A DNA stretch of 55,351 nt from NCBI GenBank assembly GCA_016283195.1, contig JAEEML010000025.1, positions 1 through 55,351 of the forward strand, given 5' to 3'. The DNA comes from Deltaproteobacteria bacterium. GTDB taxonomy: Bacteria > JAEEML01. The notes under the pieces are model-generated. The model was given only the letters and a program-made list of their open reading frames with translations. It had not been told where the DNA came from and searched no databases. Positions 47,516 through 55,351 of this stretch are shown one piece after another (position 1 is the stretch's first letter; each line of letters starts with the position of its first letter). The translations under genes and the position numbers were made by a program.

Positions 47516-48718
47516 TTAAATGGCAGCGTAAGCGTAAATCAACCCTTTGGCGGTCATGAAATAGAGAAATTCGCCGCCGAGAGCCATTTCCGGAGTAAAT
47601 TCCCCGCCCACATCTATGGCATGAAGCGGCCGCCCACTATTTAAATCAATAGTTAAAATGCCGTCATGGGTGGTTGGCAACAGAATGGTTTTTTCGTTTG
47701 GCATAAAAAGCAATTCACCTGTTTGCCCGCTCTTAAAAGCAGTTTCCCAGATGGTAAAGCCTTGATAATCCAAGGCATTTACAATGCCGCTTGGCTGAGC
47801 TATTACCAGTCCGCTTCCGGTATTGACAATGGAAGAAACCATATATTCATCGTGATTCCAGAGAACCACTCCGTTATTGGCATCAATGGCAAAGAGGCCA
47901 CCATTATATGAAGCGGCATAAATAATGTGCCGCCCAACCTCTCCGCCAAAAACTGGTGTGGCATCAACATCGGTAAAGCGCATTTTATTGGTATCTTTTT
48001 TAGCCAGCATGGCTTTAAAAGCAACGAGGCCATTTTTCTTGGAAAGAGCCAGAAGATAACCGTCGGCCAGCCCAACATATATAGATGGCAAATCCGGCAA
48101 TGAAACAACCGGCGTATGGCCGCGAACAGTCATTTCCTGTACGGCGCCTCTGTGGGTATAAGACCAGATTTTCTCACCGGTAAGTGCCGATAATTTAAAG
48201 AAATTGCCCTTTTCAGTGGCAAAATAAATCGCCGCGCCGCCGGCTTCGTTTTCAAAATAAGGCTTCGCCAGCACAGCTCCGCCTTGTGAATCGGTGCGCC
48301 ATAGCTCTTGGCCGTTTTCCAAGTTATATGCCAAGAAAATACCATCCAGGGTGCCAACAAAAAAAGCTGTTATTTTTTTGCCCTTTAACTCAATATCGGC
48401 AAGTAGGCCCGGAGCACCTATGGGCGGGGCTTTATCTTTTTTCCATTCTATGTGGCCATCTTGATCCAAACAGCGCAGGTGGCCGCCATCGGTACCGATA
48501 ACCACCCTGCTGCCGTCTTTTGTGGTAACAGGTGAACCATGGTTGCCGATAGTAGAATCTATGCGAGCATTCCAATAATGGCGAAAAATGCGTTCTTTTA
48601 TGGTAACGTAATTATATTTTGTGGCAGATTCCTCAGCCAGTACAGCCGGTGTGGCAATTAAAGATGTAAGGCAAAATGAAGAGATAAGCGGTCTAAAAGA
48701 GCGACTTAATTGCGGCAT
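47516..48718 (-). CDS. PQQ-like beta-propeller protein, BamB-like
   Basis: Repeated Trp-docking blades (G..LW, TGEKIWSY, NGVVLWN), RFTDVDATP; downstream of a YfgM-like gene. Confidence 0.8.
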   Translation of the reverse strand: MPQLSRSFRPLISSFCLTSLIATPAVLAEESATKYNYVTIKERIFRHYWNARIDSTIGNHGSPVTTKDGSRVVIGTDGGHLRCLDQDGHIEWKKDKAPPIGAPGLLADIELKGKKITAFFVGTLDGIFLAYNLENGQELWRTDSQGGAVLAKPYFENEAGGAAIYFATEKGNFFKLSALTGEKIWSYTHRGAVQEMTVRGHTPVVSLPDLPSIYVGLADGYLLALSKKNGLVAFKAMLAKKDTNKMRFTDVDATPVFGGEVGRHIIYAASYNGGLFAIDANNGVVLWNHDEYMVSSIVNTGSGLVIAQPSGIVNALDYQGFTIWETAFKSGQTGELLFMPNEKTILLPTTHDGILTIDLNSGRPLHAIDVGGEFTPEMALGGEFLYFMTAKGLIYAYAAI

Positions 48719-48736
48719 AATAAATTCACAGAAATT

Positions 48737-49504
48737 TTAAATAGAAGCTAATTGAGTTTCGGCCAAGGCGGCAAAAGCAGAAGTACCATCGCTATTTTTG
48801 GCGGCCTCAATGACCTTTTTAAAGAGCTCTTTAGCTTTTTCTGCATTGTTCTTTTGCATATAAATGCGGCCTTGGTGATAATCAGCGGCTTCCACCATGC
48901 TCTTGTCGGCAGATTCGCTCAAGCTGGCAAATTGTTTGAGAGCATTATCTAAATCACCGGCCGATTCATAAGAGTAGCCCAAAAGCTCAACGGCTCTAAA
49001 ATGGAAGGTATCTGTTTTGCTGGATTTTGTTAAATATTCCTTTAAAACCTGCACTGCTTCTTGTGGTTTATAATTATTGTAAAGAGCAATGGCTTTGCGG
49101 AGTCTGGCAATCTGCCCGACACCGTTTCCGTTTTGTGAGGCAATGGTGTCATCAAGAGCGCGAATAAGAGCTTTGGTTTTGTCTTCTTCGCTACCGAAAT
49201 GTTGTCTTTGGGCTTTCTTTTCTTCATCGGAAAGACCGGAAACAGAAGGAACTTCTTCATTTACAGAAGCGTCAAGTACGCGCTGAACAGCAAAGAAAGA
49301 ATCGGAAGCGAGAGCTTTGGAATGCTCGATTAGCATCATTGAGCCCCAAATTCCCAAAACAGCGGCCGAAGCCAAGCCAATTGTAAGAAAAACCTGTTTT
49401 TTGTGGCTATTATACCACTCAGCTGCCTCATTGGCGGCACCGATAAAAGCATCTGGTTGTTTTAATTTCTCTTTTCTGGTGATTTTCTTTTTAATAACAG
49501 TCAT
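48737..49504 (-). CDS. YfgM-like membrane-anchored TPR protein
   Basis: KKITRKEKLKQPDAF, a single TM, TPR helices; synteny with the BamB-like gene. Confidence 0.8.
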   Translation of the reverse strand: MTVIKKKITRKEKLKQPDAFIGAANEAAEWYNSHKKQVFLTIGLASAAVLGIWGSMMLIEHSKALASDSFFAVQRVLDASVNEEVPSVSGLSDEEKKAQRQHFGSEEDKTKALIRALDDTIASQNGNGVGQIARLRKAIALYNNYKPQEAVQVLKEYLTKSSKTDTFHFRAVELLGYSYESAGDLDNALKQFASLSESADKSMVEAADYHQGRIYMQKNNAEKAKELFKKVIEAAKNSDGTSAFAALAETQLASI

Positions 49505-49642
49505 CTCATTGGCTCCGGCTTTTTGTCCAATACCTTGACAAAAAGCGCAAAATGGTATTCATAAGCTCCGCCGTTACTCGGCCTCAAGGAGCGTACCAAG
49601 TCTCCTTATATGCAGTTGGCCGAGTTGTCAAGAAGGTTTAAA

Positions 49643-51115
49643 ATGAAAGATATATTAATAAATGTCTCTGAACCGGCTTTGCGTCGCGGTGCAGTGCTGG
49701 AAGATGGCAAACTGAGTGAATTACTTATAGAAAAAAGTGATGAACCGGCTTACCGCGGTTGCGTTTACCTGGGACGCATTGTAAATTATGAAAAATCCCT
49801 AAAAGCGGCTTTTGTTGATATAGGGCGTCAGCGTCACGCTTTTTTGCCTTTAAATGAAATTATGCCGACATATCTTGGTGGCAAAAACGAAAATCCCAAG
49901 AAAAACCAAGAAGTTCTGGTGCAGGTCACCAGAGAAGAAAATATGCAAAAAGGCGCTATGATCACTACTTATATCTCACTTGCCGGCCGGTATTTGGTTT
50001 ATATGCCCCAAGTGGCCGGTCATAATGGTATATCGCGAAAAATTAACGATGAGGCTGAGCGACAGCGCTTAAAAGGTATTCAGGAAATAATTACTCCCAA
50101 GGGCTCCTCAACTATTATGCGCACTGCCTGCCTTGATTGCTCAAAGAGTAAGTTGGCGGAAGATTTAGCTTTTTTGAAGCGTCTTTGGGCAAAGATGCAG
50201 CAGCGGATAAAAAAAACCGCCGCTCCGGCAATCATTTATGCCGAGGAAGATTTTGTTTCCAAAATTCTGCGCGAATATTTTAGCCCCGATGTAGAGGAAA
50301 TTCTCATAGACGATGAGGCCTCATTTAAAACGGGCCTGGAATATTTTCGCTGTATTTCTCCGCGGATAGCCCAAAAGAAATTGAAGCTTTATAATGATAA
50401 AGAGCCCTTATTCTTCCGCTACAAATTGGAAGAGCAAATTAAAGAAGTTTTTAAGCCCAAAGTGTACCTCAAAAGCGGTGGCAGCATAGTTATAGAACAA
50501 ACCGAAGCCCTCGTTTCTATTGATGTAAACTCCGGAAAAACAAGAGAAAAAAATCCGCCTGACACATCTTTAAAAACTAATATCGAAGCGGCTTACGAAA
50601 TTGCCCGCCAACTCAGGCTACGCGATTTGGGCGGCATTATTGTCATTGATTTTATTGATATGGAGAGCAAAGGCCATGAGCAAAAAGTGCTTGAGGCTTT
50701 GCATGAAGCGCTGAAGCTGGACCGCGCCCGCGTTAAAGTCGGCCCCTTTTCGGCCAATGGCACGGTTGAACTGAATAGGCAGAGAAGAAACTCCAAAATA
50801 TCAAGCAGTTTAATGCAAGTATGCCCATGCTGTAACGGCACCGGCCACCTTTTGCCACCGCTTTTACAAACCATAGCCATTATGGAGCGCCTGAAAGCTG
50901 GTCTAAGCCGGGCCAGAGAAGTAGGCGATTTTAGTGGCCAGAATTTTTTCCTGGAATCTTCACAAGTTAACGCTTTTATGCTCTTAAATGAACATCGTGC
51001 CGAGCTATATACTTTGGAGCAGGAATTCGCTTGCTCTATTGCCATTACCCCTGCTGCCCCGCTTTTTGACGCTTCCGAAGGTGGCCTTTCTATTTCCGTC
51101 ACTTATAAAAGATAG
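49643..51115 (+). CDS. Ribonuclease E/G family endoribonuclease
   Basis: S1 domain (AAFVDIG), SLAGRYLV, LKSGGSIVIEQTEALVSIDVNSG, RQLRLRDLGGIIVIDFIDM, CPCCNG. ATG 49643 follows AGAAGG. Confidence 0.95.
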   Translation: MKDILINVSEPALRRGAVLEDGKLSELLIEKSDEPAYRGCVYLGRIVNYEKSLKAAFVDIGRQRHAFLPLNEIMPTYLGGKNENPKKNQEVLVQVTREENMQKGAMITTYISLAGRYLVYMPQVAGHNGISRKINDEAERQRLKGIQEIITPKGSSTIMRTACLDCSKSKLAEDLAFLKRLWAKMQQRIKKTAAPAIIYAEEDFVSKILREYFSPDVEEILIDDEASFKTGLEYFRCISPRIAQKKLKLYNDKEPLFFRYKLEEQIKEVFKPKVYLKSGGSIVIEQTEALVSIDVNSGKTREKNPPDTSLKTNIEAAYEIARQLRLRDLGGIIVIDFIDMESKGHEQKVLEALHEALKLDRARVKVGPFSANGTVELNRQRRNSKISSSLMQVCPCCNGTGHLLPPLLQTIAIMERLKAGLSRAREVGDFSGQNFFLESSQVNAFMLLNEHRAELYTLEQEFACSIAITPAAPLFDASEGGLSISVTYKR

Positions 51116-51218
51116 TGGCTTGAAATTATAGCCCGGATTTGGCAAAAGGTATGTGGCAATTGCGCCGTGCAGGAATATAAAAACTGTGCTGTACTGTTTA
51201 TTTTCAAAGGAGTTTTAA

Positions 51219-51707
51219 ATGGATAAAAAGATTATGCTCGCTTATTTTTCCGCAGCGGGACATACAAGACGCATCGCCCAGGCTCTGGCTGATAAATTAG
51301 CAATAGATTGCATTGAAATTAAACCGGTAATTCCCTATAGCCCAAGCGATCTCGACTGGTATGATCCCAATAGTCGCACTTTCAGAGAAATGCAAAATGA
51401 GAAAATCAAACCGGCTATGCAGCCTATAAGAGCTGATCTTAGTAGCTTTGATATATTGTTTTTGGGCTTTCCTGTTTGGTGGTACACATACCCGCGTATT
51501 GTCGGTGTTTTTTTGGATTTGCTTAATTTAAAAGGAAAAATTATTGTGCCTTTTGCTACTTCCGATGGTAGCGATATAACTTCTTGCGCCCGTAATTTGG
51601 AAAAGAATTACCATGAAGCAATTATTCATCCGGGCCGTATTTTGTCCGGCAATCTGAATAGAGAATTGCTCAATGAATGGCTCTCCGACTTGGGACTTTC
51701 CTTTTGA
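51219..51707 (+). CDS. Flavodoxin
   Basis: YFSAAGHT FMN loop, PY...DLDW...NSR, LGFPVWWY, PFATSDGS. Confidence 0.92.
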   Translation: MDKKIMLAYFSAAGHTRRIAQALADKLAIDCIEIKPVIPYSPSDLDWYDPNSRTFREMQNEKIKPAMQPIRADLSSFDILFLGFPVWWYTYPRIVGVFLDLLNLKGKIIVPFATSDGSDITSCARNLEKNYHEAIIHPGRILSGNLNRELLNEWLSDLGLSF

Positions 51708-52411
51708 AACAAGCTATTTACCTATTAATATTGTCTTTTTTTGCTGCCTTGCCGTCTGCCTCCGCTGCCGCAGGCAATGGCCATGGCGAGGCCGGTCTTG
51801 TGCTGCAAAGCGGGCGCAATTATATAAAAGGTGCTTATGGTGAAGCAGCGCTGCGCGGTAGCTATGAATGGCGCGGTTTGGAAGCGGCTTTGACCTTGGG
51901 TCTGCGCGGCACAAAGGCGCAAAATAATGCTTTTTTCTCCGGCCTCACCGCTGAGGTGGCCTACACTGTGCCCATTCCGCATTTTCCTTTTGAATTTCGC
52001 TTGGTTTATAACTTTTCACCCCACTTTGAATCCACCATTATGGAGCACGATTTAGTGCTTATGGGCAGTTATCAAGGGCGCCATTTAGCCACAGGACTCG
52101 GTTACCAGGTGCGTTTTAACCGCTCACTTGATGGCCTCACCAAATATGTGGAATATTCCAACTATTTATATTTATTTGAAATTTATATTTGGCCCCAAGG
52201 GCATAAATATAATATCTATGGCGGAGTGAAAAACTACGACATCTTAAATTATGGTTTGGATCCGCTATTTTATCTGGCTACCTATTACACTCTGCCCGGC
52301 GGTGGGCCGCGCCTCTTCTTGGCCTGGCTCTATCAAGGAGCCGGTGTGGGGCCCATTCTCTTTAACCATTTTGATTGGAAAGTGCGGGTGGCTTTATTAT
52401 GGCAATTCTAA
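51704..52411 (+). CDS. Hypothetical secreted protein, probable outer-membrane beta-barrel
   Basis: Signal peptide, alternating Tyr/Gly-rich beta-strand pattern, C-terminal WQF. Start is uncertain (TTG 51704 or ATG 51677). Confidence 0.65.
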   Translation: MKQAIYLLILSFFAALPSASAAAGNGHGEAGLVLQSGRNYIKGAYGEAALRGSYEWRGLEAALTLGLRGTKAQNNAFFSGLTAEVAYTVPIPHFPFEFRLVYNFSPHFESTIMEHDLVLMGSYQGRHLATGLGYQVRFNRSLDGLTKYVEYSNYLYLFEIYIWPQGHKYNIYGGVKNYDILNYGLDPLFYLATYYTLPGGGPRLFLAWLYQGAGVGPILFNHFDWKVRVALLWQF

Positions 52412-53217
52412 AAATAATGCTGCCGGCCTTGGGTTTAATTTGGCTAACTGGCTGTAATTTCAATCTTTTAAAATTTGCTTATACCGATTACGATGTAAAC
52501 GCCCGCTTTCATGATTCCATGGCACTAAATGAAGCCGATCCGCCCAAAGATCTTACTCTAACCACTGAGAATTATACTCTTTTAGTGGCCAGTGATTTGC
52601 ACCTTTCAGACAACGAAAAGGCCATGGACGGCTTTTTTGCTCAGGTGGCGGCGCAAAAACCAGCAGCTGTCATCTATAATGGCGATCTTTACAACGGCCG
52701 CGAAGAATTTGCTAATATGGCGCAGCGCCTTTTGGAAGAAAAGACAGGAGCTCCGCACTACTATGTGGCCGGCAATCATGATCAATATTTTGGCTGGCCG
52801 GTTTTTATGGAGCGCTTCGGTAGCTCCACTTACACTTTTGTAATTAATGCCGGCGCGGCACAAGACCTCGTAATTATATTGGAAAGCGGCAGCAGCACTT
52901 TGGGTAAAGAGCAACTGGCCTGGCTAAAAGAACAGCTTAAAAAGCGCGAAAATTACCGCCATTGTCTCATTTTTACCCATAGCAATCTGGTAATTCACAG
53001 CTTTAATTTTGGCACCTATCCCGAAGATGAATTGCACGAACTTTATGCTCTCTTTCATGAATATAAGGTGAGCGCTGTTATTAGCGGCCATTCACATGTG
53101 AGCGATAGCAAAGAGATTTTGGACGTGCACTATTTCAATACCGCTGCCGCCAAAAATAAGCATTATGGCATATTGACGGTAAATAACGAACTTGACTTTA
53201 AACCTGCTGATTTTTAA
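52399..53217 (+). CDS. Calcineurin-like metallophosphoesterase lipoprotein
   Basis: Lipobox LTGC; SDLH, NGDL, AGNHD, FTH, SGHSH motifs. Confidence 0.9.
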   Translation: MAILKIMLPALGLIWLTGCNFNLLKFAYTDYDVNARFHDSMALNEADPPKDLTLTTENYTLLVASDLHLSDNEKAMDGFFAQVAAQKPAAVIYNGDLYNGREEFANMAQRLLEEKTGAPHYYVAGNHDQYFGWPVFMERFGSSTYTFVINAGAAQDLVIILESGSSTLGKEQLAWLKEQLKKRENYRHCLIFTHSNLVIHSFNFGTYPEDELHELYALFHEYKVSAVISGHSHVSDSKEILDVHYFNTAAAKNKHYGILTVNNELDFKPADF

Positions 53218-53228
53218 GAGGTTTTTTT

Positions 53229-54506
53229 ATGCCCAGCTATTTGGAACGCCGCAATATTCTTATTGCCGGCAAGATGAATGCCGGTAAAAGCACCCTCTTT
53301 AACCTGCTCACCCAGGCGGAAAATTCCATTGTTGATGCCACCCCGGGGACAACTGCCGATACCAAAATAGCCGTTATGGAAATCCACGGTTTGGGGCCGG
53401 TAAAGCTTTTTGACAGCGCCGGCATTGATGAAACCGGCGAACTGGGCGAAAAAAAGCGTGCCAAGGTCTATGCCAATTTAAAAAGCGCCGATTTGCTGCT
53501 TTTGGTTATTGGCAGCAAAGGCACTGTTTTTACATGGGAAATTGAGCTTTTGGAAAAGGCGGTGCTTTGGGGCAAAAAAGTGGCTATTTGCCTAAATTGC
53601 TTTAACGGCGCGCCCGGCCGTTTGCCGGTTGAACTTAATAAATGGGCTGCCATGCCATGCCTTGCCATAGATGCCACGCAGAGTGCTGATAGAGGTAAGC
53701 TTCTTGAATTTATTAAGGAAAACTGTGAGCGAGAAGTAGAGTCCCTGCCCCTTTTGCCCTTTGTTACAGCTGGTGAGCACTATATTTTAGTTATTCCCAT
53801 GGATGATGAGACGCCCGAGGGCCGCCTTTTGCGCCCGCAAACTTTGGCGCTGGAATTTATAACCCGGCGCTTTGCCTGGCCCACCTGCTATCGCCTCGAT
53901 TTAAAAAAAGCGCGCTCGGCCGATGAAAAGTTAAAAGCAGCGGAAAAGCAGCGCTGGCTTGATTTTTTGGCCTCTTTTACGCCAAAACCGGCAGCTATAA
54001 TTACCGACAGCCAGGCTATAGACGTTGTGGACTCTTGGACTCCGGCGGAAATAGAGCTCACCACTTTCTCTATTATGATGATAGAGCAGCAATCGCGCGG
54101 GCGCCTGGCTCGTTTTGTTGCCGGGCAAAAGCAAATTTCCGCCCTAAAAGCCGGCGATAAAGTGCTAATTTATGAAGCTTGCAACCATTCGCGCATCGGT
54201 GAGGACATCGGCACGGTGCAAATTCCTGCTATTTTGCAAAAAATTGCGCCCGGAGTTGTAATAGACCACGCTTTTGGCCGTGCTCTTGGTGAAATAGAAA
54301 ATCTTAAGCAATATAAAGTGGTTATCCATTGCGGCGGCTGTATGCTGAGCCAGCAGGTTTTGGCTGCCAGATTAAAAGAGCTGGACGAAAAAGGTGTATT
54401 TTACACTAATTATGGGCTTTTTTTGGCCGGAAGACTGGGTGAAGCGGCGCTAAAGCGCGTGGTTAGGCCATTTATTGGCAGCTTATTGTTTTTGTTTGGC
54501 TTTTAA
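53229..54506 (+). CDS. hydF: [FeFe]-hydrogenase H-cluster maturation GTPase HydF
   Basis: GKMNAGKS, PGTT, DSAG, PEGRLLRPQ, ITDSQA, LTTFSI, EACNH...HCGGCM Fe-S ligands, TNYG. Confidence 0.93.
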   Translation: MPSYLERRNILIAGKMNAGKSTLFNLLTQAENSIVDATPGTTADTKIAVMEIHGLGPVKLFDSAGIDETGELGEKKRAKVYANLKSADLLLLVIGSKGTVFTWEIELLEKAVLWGKKVAICLNCFNGAPGRLPVELNKWAAMPCLAIDATQSADRGKLLEFIKENCEREVESLPLLPFVTAGEHYILVIPMDDETPEGRLLRPQTLALEFITRRFAWPTCYRLDLKKARSADEKLKAAEKQRWLDFLASFTPKPAAIITDSQAIDVVDSWTPAEIELTTFSIMMIEQQSRGRLARFVAGQKQISALKAGDKVLIYEACNHSRIGEDIGTVQIPAILQKIAPGVVIDHAFGRALGEIENLKQYKVVIHCGGCMLSQQVLAARLKELDEKGVFYTNYGLFLAGRLGEAALKRVVRPFIGSLLFLFGF

Positions 54507-54622
54507 GGGTAGGTACATGAAGTTCAGTTCAGTCGCTTTATTTAATATTAGCACATATTCAACAAATCATCAATGCACAGTTTACAATTTTCCAATAATC
54601 TTGCTCACATAGAAGGTATATC

Positions 54623-55351
54623 ATGAATAATAAAGATGCAGATTATGAAACCGAGCGGAAAAAGGCTTTTCTATATATCGAAGACGGCGAATATGATACG
54701 GCCAGTGAAATATTAGATGAAATTTGGGAGGTGGATCCGGAAAATGCCTGGGTTTATATAGGGCGCTATTTAATAGAAAATAAGTTGGAATCGCTGGAAG
54801 ACTTAGAATACGATGAATCGTATGATGTACTAGAGAATTCCGACCACACAACTTGGCTTGAATATAATGAAGAAAGTCGCTATTGAGGTTAAAGATCAAG
54901 GCTTTTTCGGTTCAATATTTGGTTCAACACACACAGAATATAAAACAGTTACTGAAAGATTAATCATTTACCAGATAATAATGCGGCTAAAGTAACCCAA
55001 TATGGCTATTTATATACATGGAAAGAGGCCCAAAGAGCCTGTCCTCCTGGTTGGCGCTTGCCAAGCAAAGCAGATTTTGAAGAATTACTAGATTATGTCG
55101 GCAAGGATAACCAAACACGGGCGAAAAACTTAAGAGCCACCACCTGTGATGATGGTCTTGACACTTATGGCTTTGGGGCGCTTCCCGCCGGCCGCTACGA
55201 GGGTGGCGCTTACTACCTTTTCGGTTACTGCGCCTACTTCTGGTCGGCCACGGAGGGCGGTACCTACCGCGCCTACAGCCTGTACTTAGGTAATGGCGGT
55301 GCGTATCTGGACAACGACTACAAGGTTTACGCCTTCTCCGTGCGTTGCCTC
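54623..55351 (+). pseudogene. Frame-disrupted TPR-like + FISUMP (Fibrobacter succinogenes major paralogous domain) gene, truncated by the window end
   Basis: Three pieces: 54623-54886 (TPR-like, KKAFLYIEDGEY...DPENAW), 54867-54995 in another frame (GFFGSIFG), and 54956-55351 (YGYLYTW...ACPPGWRLPSKADF...GFGALPAG...FWSATE...AFSVRCL), the last with no start of its own and in-frame stops upstream. Confidence 0.8.
55187..55351 (+). other. Putative DGR variable repeat (VR) in the FISUMP C-terminus
   Basis: Abrupt codon shift: 1 of 55 codons ends in A, and Tyr is TAC 10 times versus TAT once, while the upstream part of the same frame has TAT 5 times and no TAC. It ends in the conserved AFSVRCL. Confidence 0.6.

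Noticed and set aside
54925-54936. Short (AC)n tract as a phase-variation switch for the FISUMP gene
   Set aside because: Shifting into the FISUMP frame here still meets stops at 54941 and 54953, and the tract is very short.
54884-54955. Stop-codon recoding as the explanation for the broken FISUMP gene
   Set aside because: The stops are a mix of TGA and TAA, and all other genes end normally under code 11.

Overview
Bacterial chromosomal segment, GC roughly mid-40s % by eye. It most likely comes from a Myxococcota/Deltaproteobacteria-related organism, because it carries a Glt-type outer-membrane gliding module (two beta-barrels plus GltC), pilD with a PilS2-like kinase, an SgmX-like TPR protein, FHA proteins and a MYXO-CTERM-like protease. 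It also has markers of an anaerobic lifestyle (HydF, flavodoxin, DUF3737). About 42 densely packed genes are present, mostly housekeeping (rpmF, dnaX, atpB, lpdA, queE, tsaB, parE/parC, folC, cysE, RNase E/G), and many of them sit apart from their usual operon partners. No tRNA, rRNA, CRISPR array, transposase or reverse transcriptase was seen. The main non-obvious signals are: (1) the last 165 nt look like the variable repeat (VR) of a diversity-generating retroelement, in a frame-disrupted FISUMP (CLec-fold) gene with no template repeat or RT in the window; (2) a XerC/D dif site at 47216-47243 in an AT-rich gene-free gap, with KOPS-like octamers pointing towards it from both sides; (3) a membrane-anchored pseudokinase directly after the glt genes; (4) a solitary ATP synthase subunit a; (5) candidate structured leaders upstream of the glt genes and RNase E/G. 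The window begins inside a 96-bp tandem repeat and ends at the VR-like end, so it may be a whole contig broken at repeats. All family calls come from motif recognition by eye, not from database searches.
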